Source of the DNA: Verrucomicrobiota bacterium
GTDB lineage: Bacteria; Verrucomicrobiota; Verrucomicrobiia; Limisphaerales; CANJXF01
Length of the DNA stretch: 26,351 bases
Direction: 5' to 3'
NCBI GenBank assembly: GCA_038214755.1
Contig: JBBQRQ010000073.1
Coordinates: 1-26,351, forward strand
The number at the start of each line of letters is the position of its first letter. The stretch's first letter is position 1. The position numbers and the translations under genes were made by a program. The notes under the pieces are model-generated. The model did not search any database and was not told where the DNA came from. It was given only the letters and a program-made list of their open reading frames with translations. Below, one piece after another: positions 1 through 9,915 of this stretch.

Positions 1-6
1 CTAATT

Positions 7-32
7 GCGGCGGTCGCAGACGCGCCGCTACA
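7..32. repeat. REP-like GC-rich hairpin
   Basis: gcggcg-gtcgcagacg-cgccgc followed by taca (TGTAGCGGCG.. on the minus strand), downstream of the GT2 gene. Confidence 0.4.
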
Positions 33-112
33 AGACCAAGACTCAGCCACTCGGACGGATTCGCGCAAGCCAAACATTGTTTTCCATTGTCCTAAGTCCC
101 GACCATCACAAA

Positions 113-1123
113 TCATTCCCGCGCCGGTGGCAGCCTCTTCGGAAAAATGGAAACGAAAATTTCGCGAGCAACGAAAAATGGCAGACGCAGTTTGTTGATG
201 AAAAATTTATCTTCGCGAAAAATGGTTTTGATCGTTTTCCAAATCAGTTTCGGGCTGCGCGCCCGAATTCCTGCCAGGCCATTGAGCAAGGCGCGGCACG
301 AACAAAAGAAAATACTGTCCCGAATAATTTTCTCCCGCTCGTTCGCGGGAAAGAGTTCCAACGCCTTCGTTTCTTCCAAAATTTTTCGCGTGATGTAGTA
401 GAAGGCTTCAATTTTCAATCCACTTTGGTGAAGGGAGGCAGTGTGATTGTCCGTCATCAATCGCCACGACGACAAAACTTCGTCGATGTAAAAAAAATCG
501 TACTCGGTGGCGATCTGCATGACTTTTTCGAGATCGCCCGCGAAATCCGCTTTCTCGTCAAACAATCCAAAGCGCTGGAAACATTCCGCGCGCAGCATGA
601 TTCCGCTCGGCACGGTGCAGGGATAATCACGCGTCAAAAAATCCTTCAATACTTCGCGTCTGTCCACCAAGCCGTCGCCCACTTGATAGCGATAGCGATA
701 CCGCATTTTTCGAAAGACATAAAATCGCGGAAAAATTCTTCGATCATTCGCGTCAATAATTTCCATCGGCGCCATCGCCACGCCGGCGGTTGGATTTTTC
801 TCGAGTGCCTCGACCATTTTTTCGAGGCAACGCGGTTTGAGCAAATCGTCGTCCATCAAAAATTTGATGTATTGGCCCTCGGCCAGAGCGGTGGCGCGAT
901 TGGTGTTGCCGCAGGGCCCAAGATTTTTATCGTTTCTAAAATAGCGGATGCGTGGGTCGTTCAAGCGCCGGATAACTTTTTCGGATAGATCATTGGCGCT
1001 GTTGTCCGTGACGACGATTTCAAAATCCTGAAACGTTTGCGCCAGGCAGGAACGAAGCGCGCGCTCCAGAAAATCCGGGCGGTTGTAAGTGGGCGTGCAA
1101 ATGGAAACGAGCGGCGGATTCAT
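113..1123 (-). CDS. Glycosyltransferase family 2 (GT-A)
   Basis: N-terminal VSICTPTYNRPDFLERALRSCLAQTFQDFEIVVTDNS, NLGPCGN, and a DDD motif (FLMDDDLL). ATGA overlap with the upstream gene. Confidence 0.93.
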   Translation of the reverse strand: MNPPLVSICTPTYNRPDFLERALRSCLAQTFQDFEIVVTDNSANDLSEKVIRRLNDPRIRYFRNDKNLGPCGNTNRATALAEGQYIKFLMDDDLLKPRCLEKMVEALEKNPTAGVAMAPMEIIDANDRRIFPRFYVFRKMRYRYRYQVGDGLVDRREVLKDFLTRDYPCTVPSGIMLRAECFQRFGLFDEKADFAGDLEKVMQIATEYDFFYIDEVLSSWRLMTDNHTASLHQSGLKIEAFYYITRKILEETKALELFPANEREKIIRDSIFFCSCRALLNGLAGIRARSPKLIWKTIKTIFREDKFFINKLRLPFFVAREIFVSIFPKRLPPARE

Positions 1124-2151
1124 CGGTCATTCACAATTTGCCGCACGATCAAATCGGCGAAGGCCTCCGCGCTGAATGGATAAATGGCGGGGCCAAAAAC
1201 GAACTCGTGAATGGCTTTGCGATAATTTTCGTATTCGGCTGGTTCCATGTTTCTCAAAAAATTATACAGCTTCTCGTAACTGCCAAAATTCTTTTTGTTT
1301 ACGAAGGCGCTGGATGGAATGGATTTTTCTACTTCGGGGTCGCCGAGATAAACCGGCACGGAGCCGGCGAAGAGCGCGTCGAAAATTTTCTCCGTCAAGT
1401 AGCCCGGAAAGATGGAGTTTTCGTAGCAGAGCGAAAATTTGTATTGCCGCAAAGTCTCGCGCTTGGATTTCACCGGACCGCGATACGACGGAAAAGTTTT
1501 CCAACAAGGAAGCAGTGGGAACTTTCGATAAGCAACGGAAAGGACCGGGTTGACCGTCGGAAGCTGCTTGGAAAAAAACCGGTCCCAACCGATGCCATAC
1601 AAATCGAATTCGTCGGGATGATTTTGCTCGAACCAGCGGATCGCTTTCACGCGTTCGGTGTAAATTTCGTGGGGATGTTTTCCGTATTTGTGGCTGGCAA
1701 TCGTACAGCAAAATTTCTCGGTCTTGGACGGAGCGTAAGCCATTGGCGTCGGCAATTTATTCGGCAAATAAAATCGAAAATATTTTTTCTCGTCCACCCA
1801 CGTCGGATTCCAGGTGAAAACTTTTCGAAATGGCTCGTGATTTTTTTTGTTCCAATTGCCCAGTCGGATCGCGGGGCTTTCGAGGAGGAACAAATAAATT
1901 TTAGGAAACTTCTCGTGAACCAGTTTTCTAAAGTGCGGGTTAAGCATCGTCGGGTAGTCGAGGAAGACGACGGCATCGAATTTCTCCAAATCATCCGTGT
2001 CGATGGTGGCGGCGCGATGGCCCAGCTTCTTCAATTCCTGCGCGAGATAAAAAGTCGGATACCCCAGATCATCACCAATGGGCGAGGCGGGATCGGTGAG
2101 CATCCGATTGCGATTGTAGCTGCGATAAAAATTGTAAAAGCCGAGGTACAT
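1120..2151 (-). CDS. Glycosyltransferase family 10 (alpha-1,3-fucosyltransferase-like)
   Basis: GT10 motif YKFSLCYENSIFPGYLTEKIFDALFAGSVPVYLG. ATG at 2151 preferred over the TTG at 2163. Confidence 0.88.
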   Translation of the reverse strand: MYLGFYNFYRSYNRNRMLTDPASPIGDDLGYPTFYLAQELKKLGHRAATIDTDDLEKFDAVVFLDYPTMLNPHFRKLVHEKFPKIYLFLLESPAIRLGNWNKKNHEPFRKVFTWNPTWVDEKKYFRFYLPNKLPTPMAYAPSKTEKFCCTIASHKYGKHPHEIYTERVKAIRWFEQNHPDEFDLYGIGWDRFFSKQLPTVNPVLSVAYRKFPLLPCWKTFPSYRGPVKSKRETLRQYKFSLCYENSIFPGYLTEKIFDALFAGSVPVYLGDPEVEKSIPSSAFVNKKNFGSYEKLYNFLRNMEPAEYENYRKAIHEFVFGPAIYPFSAEAFADLIVRQIVNDR

Positions 2152-2242
2152 GTCGCCGCGCAAAATAATTCATTCTTCGATGGGTCACAGAAAAATATGT
2201 CCCCTTGAATTGCCTTCTTCGCTCTGATTACGCTCTGCCCCA

Positions 2243-3025
2243 ATGAAAGTTGTCATCCTCTGCGGCGGAAAGGGAACCCGTCTCCGCGAGGAAACCGAGT
2301 ATCGTCCCAAGCCGATGGTCCCGATTGGCGACCGCCCCATTCTCTGGCACATCATGAAAATTTACGCGGCGCACGGCTTCAAAGATTTTGTCCTCTGTCT
2401 CGGTTACAAAGGCGAGATGATTAAAGATTATTTTCGCAATTATCTTTGGATGACCAGCGACGTCTCACTCCAACTCGGGCGCAAACCAGCGGTGCGTTTT
2501 CATAATCATCACGACGAGGAAGATTGGTCAGTCACGCTGGTGGACACGGGACAGGAAACTTTGACCGCCGGTCGGGTCAATCGCATTCGCGGTCACCTCG
2601 GAAATGACTCTGAGTTTTTTCTGACGTACGGCGATGGGGTCGGCAATGTGGAGATAACAGCGGAACTGGATTTTCACAAACAGCATGGAAAAAAAATGAC
2701 TCTGACCGCCGTCCGCCCGCCGGGACGCTTCGGGGAATTAAACATCAATGACGATGGCGGCGTGACTGAGTTCAACGAAAAACCGCAGGTCACGCAGGGC
2801 CGGATCAATGGCGGGTTTTTTGTTGTCTCGACAAAAATTTTTGATGATTTGGAAAACAGCGACAACATTTTGCTCGAACAACAACCGATGCGAAAGCTGG
2901 CCGGCGAAGGCGAATTGAAAGCGTTTGCTCACGACGGATTCTGGCAACCCATGGACACGTTTCAGGAATTTACCCTGCTCAACAAAATGTGGGCGGAAGG
3001 AAATGCGCCGTGGAAAATCTGGTGA
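2243..3025 (+). CDS. rfbF: Glucose-1-phosphate cytidylyltransferase
   Basis: MKVVILCGGKGTRLREETEYRPKPMV, LTYGDG, INGGFFV, HDGFWQPMDT. Confidence 0.97.
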   Translation: MKVVILCGGKGTRLREETEYRPKPMVPIGDRPILWHIMKIYAAHGFKDFVLCLGYKGEMIKDYFRNYLWMTSDVSLQLGRKPAVRFHNHHDEEDWSVTLVDTGQETLTAGRVNRIRGHLGNDSEFFLTYGDGVGNVEITAELDFHKQHGKKMTLTAVRPPGRFGELNINDDGGVTEFNEKPQVTQGRINGGFFVVSTKIFDDLENSDNILLEQQPMRKLAGEGELKAFAHDGFWQPMDTFQEFTLLNKMWAEGNAPWKIW

Positions 3026-3028
3026 GTT

Positions 3029-4144
3029 ATGAGAGAATTTTTCGGCGGCGCATTCACTGGGAAAAGAATTTTTCTGACCGGCCACACCGGCTTCAAAGGA
3101 GCGTGGCTTTCCGAATGGTTGTTGAATCTCGGCGCGAAAGTTATCGGCTACGCTTTGCCGCCGGAGACAAAACCTTCGCTCTTTGAACAACTTGATCTCG
3201 CCTCCCGACTCAAACATATCGAAGGCGACATTCGCGACTCTGCCAAATTGGCAAAAGCAATTCGCGCCGCCAAACCCGATTTCGTTTTTCATCTCGCGGC
3301 GCAAGCCATCGTTCGCGAATCCTATTCCAAACCAGCCGAAACTTTCGCCGTCAACGCCATGGGCACAGCGCATGTGCTCGACGCGCTGCGCGATTACAAA
3401 AAAAATTGCTCGGCTGTTTTCGTCACCACGGACAAATGCTACGAAAATCGCGAATGGGTTCACGGTTATCGCGAAGAAGATCCGCTCGGCGGGCACGATC
3501 CCTACAGCGCGAGCAAAGCGGCGGCGGAAATTATTATTGCCTCGTATCGAAAATCATTTTTCCAAAATCATCCGGTGAAAATTGCCAGCGCCCGCGCCGG
3601 AAATGTCATCGGCGGCGGCGACTGGGCGGCGGATCGAATCGTGCCTGATTGCATTCGCGCGTTGCAAAAAAAGCAGCCGATTCCCGTTCGCAACAAAACC
3701 GCGACACGTCCTTGGCAGCACGTTCTCGAACCGTTGAGTGGTTATCTTTGGCTGGCCGCTGCGCTGGCAAATCCGAAGTTTTCCAAAGCGCCTTCCGAAC
3801 TTGTCGCGTCCGCTTTTAATTTCGGCCCCGGCCATGAGTCAAATCGCACCGTCGCGCAATTGGTCACTGAAGTTTTGAAACATTGGGCGGGAAAATGGGC
3901 GGACATGAGCGATCCAAACGCCGTTCACGAAGCCAGGCTGTTGCAACTCGCCACCGACAAAGCGCACGCCTTGCTCGGCTGGTCGCCGGTGTGGAATTTT
4001 TCCGAGGCGATTCAGCAAACCGTGGAATGGTATCGCGATTCGGCCGACGCAACATCTGCCAAAGAGTTTGAAGTGCAGACTCTGTTTCAAATCAGCCAAT
4101 ACGCCGAAAAAGCGCGCGCAATGAATTTACCGTGGACAAAATGA
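3029..4144 (+). CDS. rfbG: CDP-glucose 4,6-dehydratase
   Basis: TGHTGFKGAWL, HLAAQ, TTDKCYEN, DPYSASK, RAGNVIGGGDW, RPWQHVLEPL. Confidence 0.97.
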   Translation: MREFFGGAFTGKRIFLTGHTGFKGAWLSEWLLNLGAKVIGYALPPETKPSLFEQLDLASRLKHIEGDIRDSAKLAKAIRAAKPDFVFHLAAQAIVRESYSKPAETFAVNAMGTAHVLDALRDYKKNCSAVFVTTDKCYENREWVHGYREEDPLGGHDPYSASKAAAEIIIASYRKSFFQNHPVKIASARAGNVIGGGDWAADRIVPDCIRALQKKQPIPVRNKTATRPWQHVLEPLSGYLWLAAALANPKFSKAPSELVASAFNFGPGHESNRTVAQLVTEVLKHWAGKWADMSDPNAVHEARLLQLATDKAHALLGWSPVWNFSEAIQQTVEWYRDSADATSAKEFEVQTLFQISQYAEKARAMNLPWTK

Positions 4145-5559
4145 AGTCTCCTTCAGAAATCAAAGCAGAAATTTTGCGGCTGACTCGCGAATACTCGGCA
4201 TCTGTTCATCAATCCAACCATCCCGGTTACGAAAAAACTTCGGCCATGCGCAAATTTATTCCCGGTGAAACCGTCGTCCCCTACGCCGGTCGCGTCTTCG
4301 ATGAAAACGAAGTCGAAGCCGCCGTTTCCGCCACGCTCGATTTCTGGCTGACCCTTGGCCCCGAAGGCGAAGCGTTTGAAAAAGAACTGGCGCAATTTCT
4401 TGGCGTAAAAACTTCCATTCTCGTCAACTCCGGCTCATCCGCGAACCTCGTCGCTTTCGCCGCGCTCACCTCCCACAAGCTCAAAGAAAAACAAATCAAA
4501 CGCGGCGATGAAGTCATCACGGTCGCGGGTGGATTTCCGACGACTGTTGCGCCGATTATTCAAAACGGCGCAGTTCCAGTTTTTATCGACAACGATCCCA
4601 TTACTGGAAACGGCGACATTCGTTTTCTCGAAGAAGCGTTCGTCGAAGGCAAAACCAAAGCGGTAATGATGGCGCACACATTGGGAAATCCATTCAACCT
4701 TTCCGCCGTCACCGAATTTTGCAAACGACATAATCTCTGGCTCATCGAAGATAATTGCGACGCGCTCGGCTGTCGCTACGACGGCAGACTCACCGGCACG
4801 TTCGGCGATATTTCCACGCAAAGTTTTTATCCGCCCCATCATCTCACGATGGGCGAAGGCGGCGCGGTGAACGTCATAAAACAACCGCGCCTGAAAGTTT
4901 TGGTGGAAAGTTTTCGCGACTGGGGACGCGACTGCTGGTGCGCCAGCGGCAAGGACAACACCTGCGGAATTCGTTTCGACTGGCAACTCGGCGAATTGCC
5001 GAAAGGTTACGACCACAAATATATTTACTCGCATCTCGGCTACAATTTGAAGCCGCTCGATCCGCAAGCCGCCATCGGCCGCCAGCAATTAAAAAAATTG
5101 CCGCAGTTCATTCAGGCGCGCATCGACAACTGGAATTTTCTGCGAACTGTGCTGGCTGATCTCGAAGAGTTCTTCGACTTCTCGCTGCCCACTCACGCGA
5201 CCGGGTGGTCAAAGCAAAATGGTTTCGCGTGGGACGATTCGAGTCACCGCACCGAATGTTCGTGGTTTGGTTTTATGATGCTGATCAAACCGACCGCGCC
5301 GTTTAAAAAACGCGAATTCGCCCAGATGCTCGACGCCTCCAAAATCGGCAACCGAATGTTGTTCGGCGGAAATCTCGTGCGACAGCCAGCGTTCGTACAA
5401 TTGCGCAAAGAACATCCTGCCGCGCTGCGGACCATCGGTGATTTGAAAGGAGCGGATCGTTTGATGAACGAAGCTATTTTCATCGGTGTTTATCCGGGGC
5501 TGACGAAGACGATGCTGGAATACGTTGCCGAAACGATTCACAAATTCTGCCGCAAATAA
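4141..5559 (+). CDS. rfbH: CDP-4-keto-6-deoxy-D-glucose 3-dehydrase (RfbH/DdhC, E1)
   Basis: NSGSSANL, EDNCDALG, SFYPPHH (His in place of the aminotransferase Lys), RDWGRDCWC..KDNTC cysteines, YDHKY. ATG 4141 overlaps the rfbG stop (ATGA). Confidence 0.95.
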   Translation: MKSPSEIKAEILRLTREYSASVHQSNHPGYEKTSAMRKFIPGETVVPYAGRVFDENEVEAAVSATLDFWLTLGPEGEAFEKELAQFLGVKTSILVNSGSSANLVAFAALTSHKLKEKQIKRGDEVITVAGGFPTTVAPIIQNGAVPVFIDNDPITGNGDIRFLEEAFVEGKTKAVMMAHTLGNPFNLSAVTEFCKRHNLWLIEDNCDALGCRYDGRLTGTFGDISTQSFYPPHHLTMGEGGAVNVIKQPRLKVLVESFRDWGRDCWCASGKDNTCGIRFDWQLGELPKGYDHKYIYSHLGYNLKPLDPQAAIGRQQLKKLPQFIQARIDNWNFLRTVLADLEEFFDFSLPTHATGWSKQNGFAWDDSSHRTECSWFGFMMLIKPTAPFKKREFAQMLDASKIGNRMLFGGNLVRQPAFVQLRKEHPAALRTIGDLKGADRLMNEAIFIGVYPGLTKTMLEYVAETIHKFCRK

Positions 5560-5590
5560 ATCCGCTCACCGGGAATGTTGAAAAGGAAAT

Positions 5591-5639
5591 GGGGAGCGCA
5601 CGCCTCTGGCGTGCAGCGGTCGGCGTCGCGCCGACCGCT
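5591..5639. repeat. REP-like double hairpin between convergent genes; probable bidirectional terminator role
   Basis: gcacgcc-tct-ggcgtgc immediately followed by agcggtcggcg-tcg-cgccgaccgct. Confidence 0.6.
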
Positions 5640-5661
5640 TCGTTCATCTGAACTCTAAATA

Positions 5662-7479
5662 TCAATTTAACTTTGCCAGTTCGATCTGCAGCAACTTCAC
5701 CAGCGGCCTTACCGTCTCCACGCTGAAATCGAATCGGCAGCCCGCGGCGGAGAATAATTCCGGTAACGGACGCGAACCACCGAGAGACAAAGCGTTTTGA
5801 TAATCACGCAACGCTTTGGCTTTTTCCTTTTTTGAATTCGCCCAGACCTGCAACGCGCCAAGTTGAGCGATCCCATATTCGACGTAATAAAACGGGTGCA
5901 GAAAAATGTGGAGTTGCCGATGCCACAGATTGGCCAGCGCGTCTTCGTAGCCGCTCCAATCGACGTCGCCGCCAAAACGTTTCATCAAAACCAGCCATGC
6001 CTCGCGCCGCTCCTCCCGCGTGTGGCCCGGGTGCGAATAAATCCAGTGTTGAAACGCATCGACCGTCGCGATCCACGGGAAAATTTCCACGATGCCTTCG
6101 AGATGTTCGCGGCGCGCGCGTCGGGCTTCCGGCGCGGCGTAAAAGGTTTCGATGAATTCGTTGCCGAGCAATTCCATGCTCATCGAGGCGACTTCGCAAA
6201 ACTCAATCGGCGCGCTGCGATAGGCGTAAAGATTTTCATCACGCGTGGCGAGCGCGTGAAAGGCGTGACCGGCCTCGTGCAACATCGTTTCAACATCGCG
6301 CTGCTGCCCGACCGCGTTCATAAAAATAAAAGGGAGCCTAGATTCTGCGAGCGTCGATTGATAACCGCCCGGCGCTTTCCCTTTGCGATTGTCGAGATCG
6401 AGCAAGCGCAAGTTCTGCATTTGCTGAAAACCTTCGGCCAACTCGCCGTCGAGTTGGTCGAAAATCCGCTGCGTGCCAGAAACCATTTTGTCCACCTGCT
6501 CGAATGGGCGAAGCGGCGGCAGGCTCGTCGGATCCACCGCCAAATCCCACGGGCGCAGCGATAGATGTGCTGCCGAGATTTTCTCGGCAGAATCTTCGAA
6601 CTGCCGAGTGGAACTCGGCGGCACTTTGTCCTCTTCGGCATCAAGGCGGAGCTTCCGTTTTCTATCCGCTTGCAATCTGCGCAGCACCGGCATGATTTCT
6701 TTCTCAATCGCCGTGTGAAATTTCACGCAATCCTCCGGCGTGTAATCGAATCGGCCTTTCGCGCGAAAAGCGTATTGCAAATAATTGGAAAACCCGGCGT
6801 TCGTCGCAATTTTTTCGCGGAGCTTTAAAAGTTCCTCGAACTGCGCCTCGAACTTTTCCTTTTCCTGCAACCGCCGATTGGCGACAAGTTCCCAGGCTTC
6901 CTGGCGCACGGAGCGATCTGTTTCCTCGAGGTAACGTCCCATCTGCACGAGCGTTTTTTCTTCTCCGCGAAATTGCACCGTCAACGACCCGCTCAGTTTT
7001 TGATATTGCTGGCCGAGCCGGGCTTCTTCGGTTTCGAGCGGAACATTTTCTTCGCGATACAGCTCCACGTGCAACGCCGTGTTGCGGTCCAAAACTTCAT
7101 AGCGCGATTTTTTCTCGCCCAATAATTTTTCACGGAGCGGATGCGCCAGATAAATTTGCGCGAGCTTGAATTGGCGCGGCTTGAGTTGCGGCTCGATGTT
7201 TTCGACGAAATGGAGAAAAGCTTTTTCCGCCTCGGCGTTATCGGTGTGGCAAGTCATCGCGATGTAACGCTTGCTCGCCTCTTCATCAATCGCCGCGCTC
7301 AATTCGCCTCCGCTAAGAATCCAATTTTCAAATTCGGAAATGTTTTCGCATTTAGCCGCACGTGTTTCGAGTCGATCGAACAAGGATGCGATTTGGTTCC
7401 AATCGCCTAGATCAATTTTCGGTGGAACAAATTTGCGCGGCGCATGGGCGGGCAAATTTTCAAACGGCAATAAATTCAT
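5662..7479 (-). CDS. pepF: Oligoendopeptidase F, peptidase family M3B
   Basis: HEAGH zinc motif, KGKAPGGY, PIEFCEVASMSME, HIFLHPFYYVEYGIAQLGA. Confidence 0.93.
   Translation of the reverse strand: MNLLPFENLPAHAPRKFVPPKIDLGDWNQIASLFDRLETRAAKCENISEFENWILSGGELSAAIDEEASKRYIAMTCHTDNAEAEKAFLHFVENIEPQLKPRQFKLAQIYLAHPLREKLLGEKKSRYEVLDRNTALHVELYREENVPLETEEARLGQQYQKLSGSLTVQFRGEEKTLVQMGRYLEETDRSVRQEAWELVANRRLQEKEKFEAQFEELLKLREKIATNAGFSNYLQYAFRAKGRFDYTPEDCVKFHTAIEKEIMPVLRRLQADRKRKLRLDAEEDKVPPSSTRQFEDSAEKISAAHLSLRPWDLAVDPTSLPPLRPFEQVDKMVSGTQRIFDQLDGELAEGFQQMQNLRLLDLDNRKGKAPGGYQSTLAESRLPFIFMNAVGQQRDVETMLHEAGHAFHALATRDENLYAYRSAPIEFCEVASMSMELLGNEFIETFYAAPEARRARREHLEGIVEIFPWIATVDAFQHWIYSHPGHTREERREAWLVLMKRFGGDVDWSGYEDALANLWHRQLHIFLHPFYYVEYGIAQLGALQVWANSKKEKAKALRDYQNALSLGGSRPLPELFSAAGCRFDFSVETVRPLVKLLQIELAKLN
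6567..6624. repeat. REP doublet inserted in-frame in pepF
   Basis: GTGCTGCCGAG-ATTTT-CTCGGCAG, 10-nt spacer, CTGCCGAG-TGGAA-CTCGGCGGCAC. It coincides with an apparent ~26-aa insertion between RKLRLD and SLRPWD. Confidence 0.8.
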
Positions 7480-7513
7480 GCGCCAAAGTTAAAAGTAAAA
7501 AGCCGAAACGCAA
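7480..7513 (-). promoter_or_regulatory. Putative sigma-70 promoter of pepF (leaderless)
   Basis: TTGCGT-16 nt-TAACTT-6 nt-ATG on the minus strand, conserved in the copies at 9833-9866 and 11044-11078. Confidence 0.6.
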
Positions 7514-7604
7514 AATTTTTCAAAAGGATCCGCCACTGGCAAAGGCCCAATCCTCTCCCTGTTTTCTCCATGGCCTCTTGTTCCCAACTCAATTGTTCCA
7601 GCCA

Positions 7605-7801
7605 AGCCGTAACCATGCAGTTGAAGTCACACGCGATGCGGCAGGAGCGCGGAATTTATTCCGCTTCAACGCAATCTCTGCCCATAGGTATCGAACACCA
7701 AACGGTGAACCACGTTGAAGCGGAATAAAATCCGCGCTCCTATTCGCAAGAGCAACTTCATTGCGTGCTTGGCGTCATTTCCCAACTGCATGGTTACGGC
7801 T
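7605..7801. mobile_element. MITE-like element with a nested REPIN
   Basis: Perfect 19-bp terminal IR AGCCGTAACCATGCAGTTG (7605-7623 / 7783-7801). Inner 28/29-bp IR at 7643-7671 / 7713-7741. Confidence 0.75.
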
Positions 7802-9191
7802 AAGGAAGCGTCACCCGATAGAAGCGCTGCGTAAAACTCGGGGCGTTTGTATCGTCGAAGCGGAAAGTCCCATCGGTGGCCGCGGTCTGCGTGCCAATGG
7901 ATGTAAACGATTGATTCAAATTTGTAGTGGCGTAGATGGAATACGTTAGGTTCGCCACCCCGCTGACCTCCAAATGTAATGTTTCACCGGAGAGCCTCGT
8001 GATCGAGAGAATGCGCAAGACTGGTGGTGTCGCGACGGCGATGCCGCGGCGGCCATCGGTGAGTTGATAATAGAAGGCGGTTTGGCCCGCGTCGTTAAAA
8101 GCGCTGTTGCCGAACCTCAAGCCATTTACGACGGAGCCAAAAAGGGCGTCGCCATTGCGGATGATTTTGTCTGCCACCAGATCGGGACCGGTGAAGATTC
8201 CCTTGGCTCCCGTGTTCAGGTTCGCCAGGAAGGCCACCTTGCCTGCGGTGTTAATCGAAGGAGAGCTGAAAGTGGCGAAAGGGGACTTGTTCGTGACAAT
8301 GGTCGTAGTCGCGCCGCCGCTGCCGGTGAAAACGCCTTGGCCCACACCTTGGCCCACGCCGCTGAAACTCGTAACGAAAGCCACCGTGCCAGCCGCGTTG
8401 ATCGAAAGCTGGCTGTTGATGAGGTTGTCGAAAGTTCCGCCGCTCACCGCAATGCTCGTGGTTGCGCCTCCGTCGCCGGCGAAGACCCCGGTGTCCCCCG
8501 CGTCCAGGCCGGCACCGAAGGCGACCGTGCCCGAGGTGTTAATCGAAACGACGGCCCCGAAACCGCTGAAGGTAGGATCGCTGTTCAAGTAGAGGCTTGT
8601 TGGCGATCCGCCGCCACTGCCGGCGAAAACGCCTTGGACCCCGGTGTTGAGATTCGCCTCGAAAGCGACCTTGTCCGCCGCGTTAATCGACAGCGGAATC
8701 TGGAGAGGGAAAAGGACGAATGGCGCCACGCCGCCCAGCACGATGGTAGTGGTCGTAACGCCATCGCCGATGAAGATTCCATTGCTGCCAGCGTCCAGAT
8801 TCCCAAGAAAGGCCACCTTGCCTGCCGCGTTAATCGGAGTACCGCCGCTTCCGAAACTGCTGAATGTGGGTTCGCTACTCAGCGCGATCGTCGTCAAAGG
8901 GCCGCCGCTGCCGGTGTAGATGCCGGTGCCCCCAGCGGACAACGTTCCAAGAAAGGCCGCGATGCCTGAAGCGTTGATCGAGGGAGCCGTGCCGAAATCT
9001 GAAAAGCCGCCGGTGCTATCGGCAATCTGGGTGAAGCTGTAAGACGCGGCTTGGCTAATGACCTCGAAAGACCCGATCAGCGCAGCGATCAGGACGCACC
9101 TGCACAGTTCCCGCCACGGCCGACGCAGCGAGCGCAGGATAAAAAAATTCGTCAGAGCCGAAACGGGCCGGACCAAATGATGGAGATTCAT
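7800..9191 (-). CDS. Exported protein with NxxGxxAF tandem repeats and a verrucomicrobial C-terminal FYRV sorting-type domain
   Basis: Hydrophobic signal ending SQA, about seven repeats of (S/P)INAAGKVAF...G(I/V)FxGxG, C-terminus ...TTNL...FDDTNAPSFTQRFYRVTLP. True start uncertain. Confidence 0.8.
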   Translation of the reverse strand: MNLHHLVRPVSALTNFFILRSLRRPWRELCRCVLIAALIGSFEVISQAASYSFTQIADSTGGFSDFGTAPSINASGIAAFLGTLSAGGTGIYTGSGGPLTTIALSSEPTFSSFGSGGTPINAAGKVAFLGNLDAGSNGIFIGDGVTTTTIVLGGVAPFVLFPLQIPLSINAADKVAFEANLNTGVQGVFAGSGGGSPTSLYLNSDPTFSGFGAVVSINTSGTVAFGAGLDAGDTGVFAGDGGATTSIAVSGGTFDNLINSQLSINAAGTVAFVTSFSGVGQGVGQGVFTGSGGATTTIVTNKSPFATFSSPSINTAGKVAFLANLNTGAKGIFTGPDLVADKIIRNGDALFGSVVNGLRFGNSAFNDAGQTAFYYQLTDGRRGIAVATPPVLRILSITRLSGETLHLEVSGVANLTYSIYATTNLNQSFTSIGTQTAATDGTFRFDDTNAPSFTQRFYRVTLP

Positions 9192-9334
9192 AAAAAAAGA
9201 TGACGTGGCTGGAAACTTCTTTTTTTTGACGCTGCGCGCTTCAGGAGAATTGTCTCTGCGTCGAGTTCATTCGCACCCACAATACGGTGGCGCGACTGGG
9301 AGTCAATTCGATCTTGCTCGCTTTCATTCTGGCG

Positions 9335-9866
9335 AGCGACCCGCTCAGTTTTTGATATTGCTGGCCGAGCTTGGCTTCTTCGGTTTCGAGCGGGACATTT
9401 TCTTCGCGATACAACTCGACGTGCAACGCCGTGTTGCGATCCAAGACTTCGTAGCGAGCTTTTTTTTCGCCCAACAATTTTTGGCGAAGCGGATGCGCGA
9501 GATAAATTTGCGAGAGTTTGAATTGTCGAGGCTTGAGTTGCGGCTCGATGTTTTCGACGAAATGAAGAAACGCTTTTTCCGCATCGGCGTTGTCCGTGTG
9601 GCACGTCATCGCGATGTAACGCTTGCTCGACTCCTCGTCGAGCGCGGCGCTCAACTCGCCGCCGTCGAGAATCCCGTTTTTCAACATCGGAAATGGTTTT
9701 GCAGTCCGCCGCACGAGTTTCGAGTTGGTCGAACAAGGGTGCGATTTGGTTCCAATCGCCAAGATCAATTTTCTGTGAAACAAATTTGCGCGGCGCGTGG
9801 ACGGGCCAATTTTCAAACGGCCATAAATTCATAGGCGGAAGTTAAAAGTAAAAATCGGAAGGCAAA
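9335..9866 (-). pseudogene. pepF 5' copy 1 (promoter + codons 1-166, frameshift near 9675)
   Basis: MNLWPFENWPVHAPRKFV... then, in another frame, ILDGGELSAALDEESSKRY...QKLSGSL. Eight aa differences over codons 54-166 versus intact pepF. Confidence 0.93.
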
Positions 9867-9915
9867 AGTTTTCAGCGCCTCGCAGTTTCAAAATGAAACT
9901 CTAAGAAAGGACTTC

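Noticed and set aside
5..2208. Long plus-strand ORFs 5-988 and 1138-2208, and similar antisense ORFs (8064-8969, 17515-18576, 20624-21268)
   Set aside because: They are antisense shadows of well-supported genes and have no recognisable motifs.
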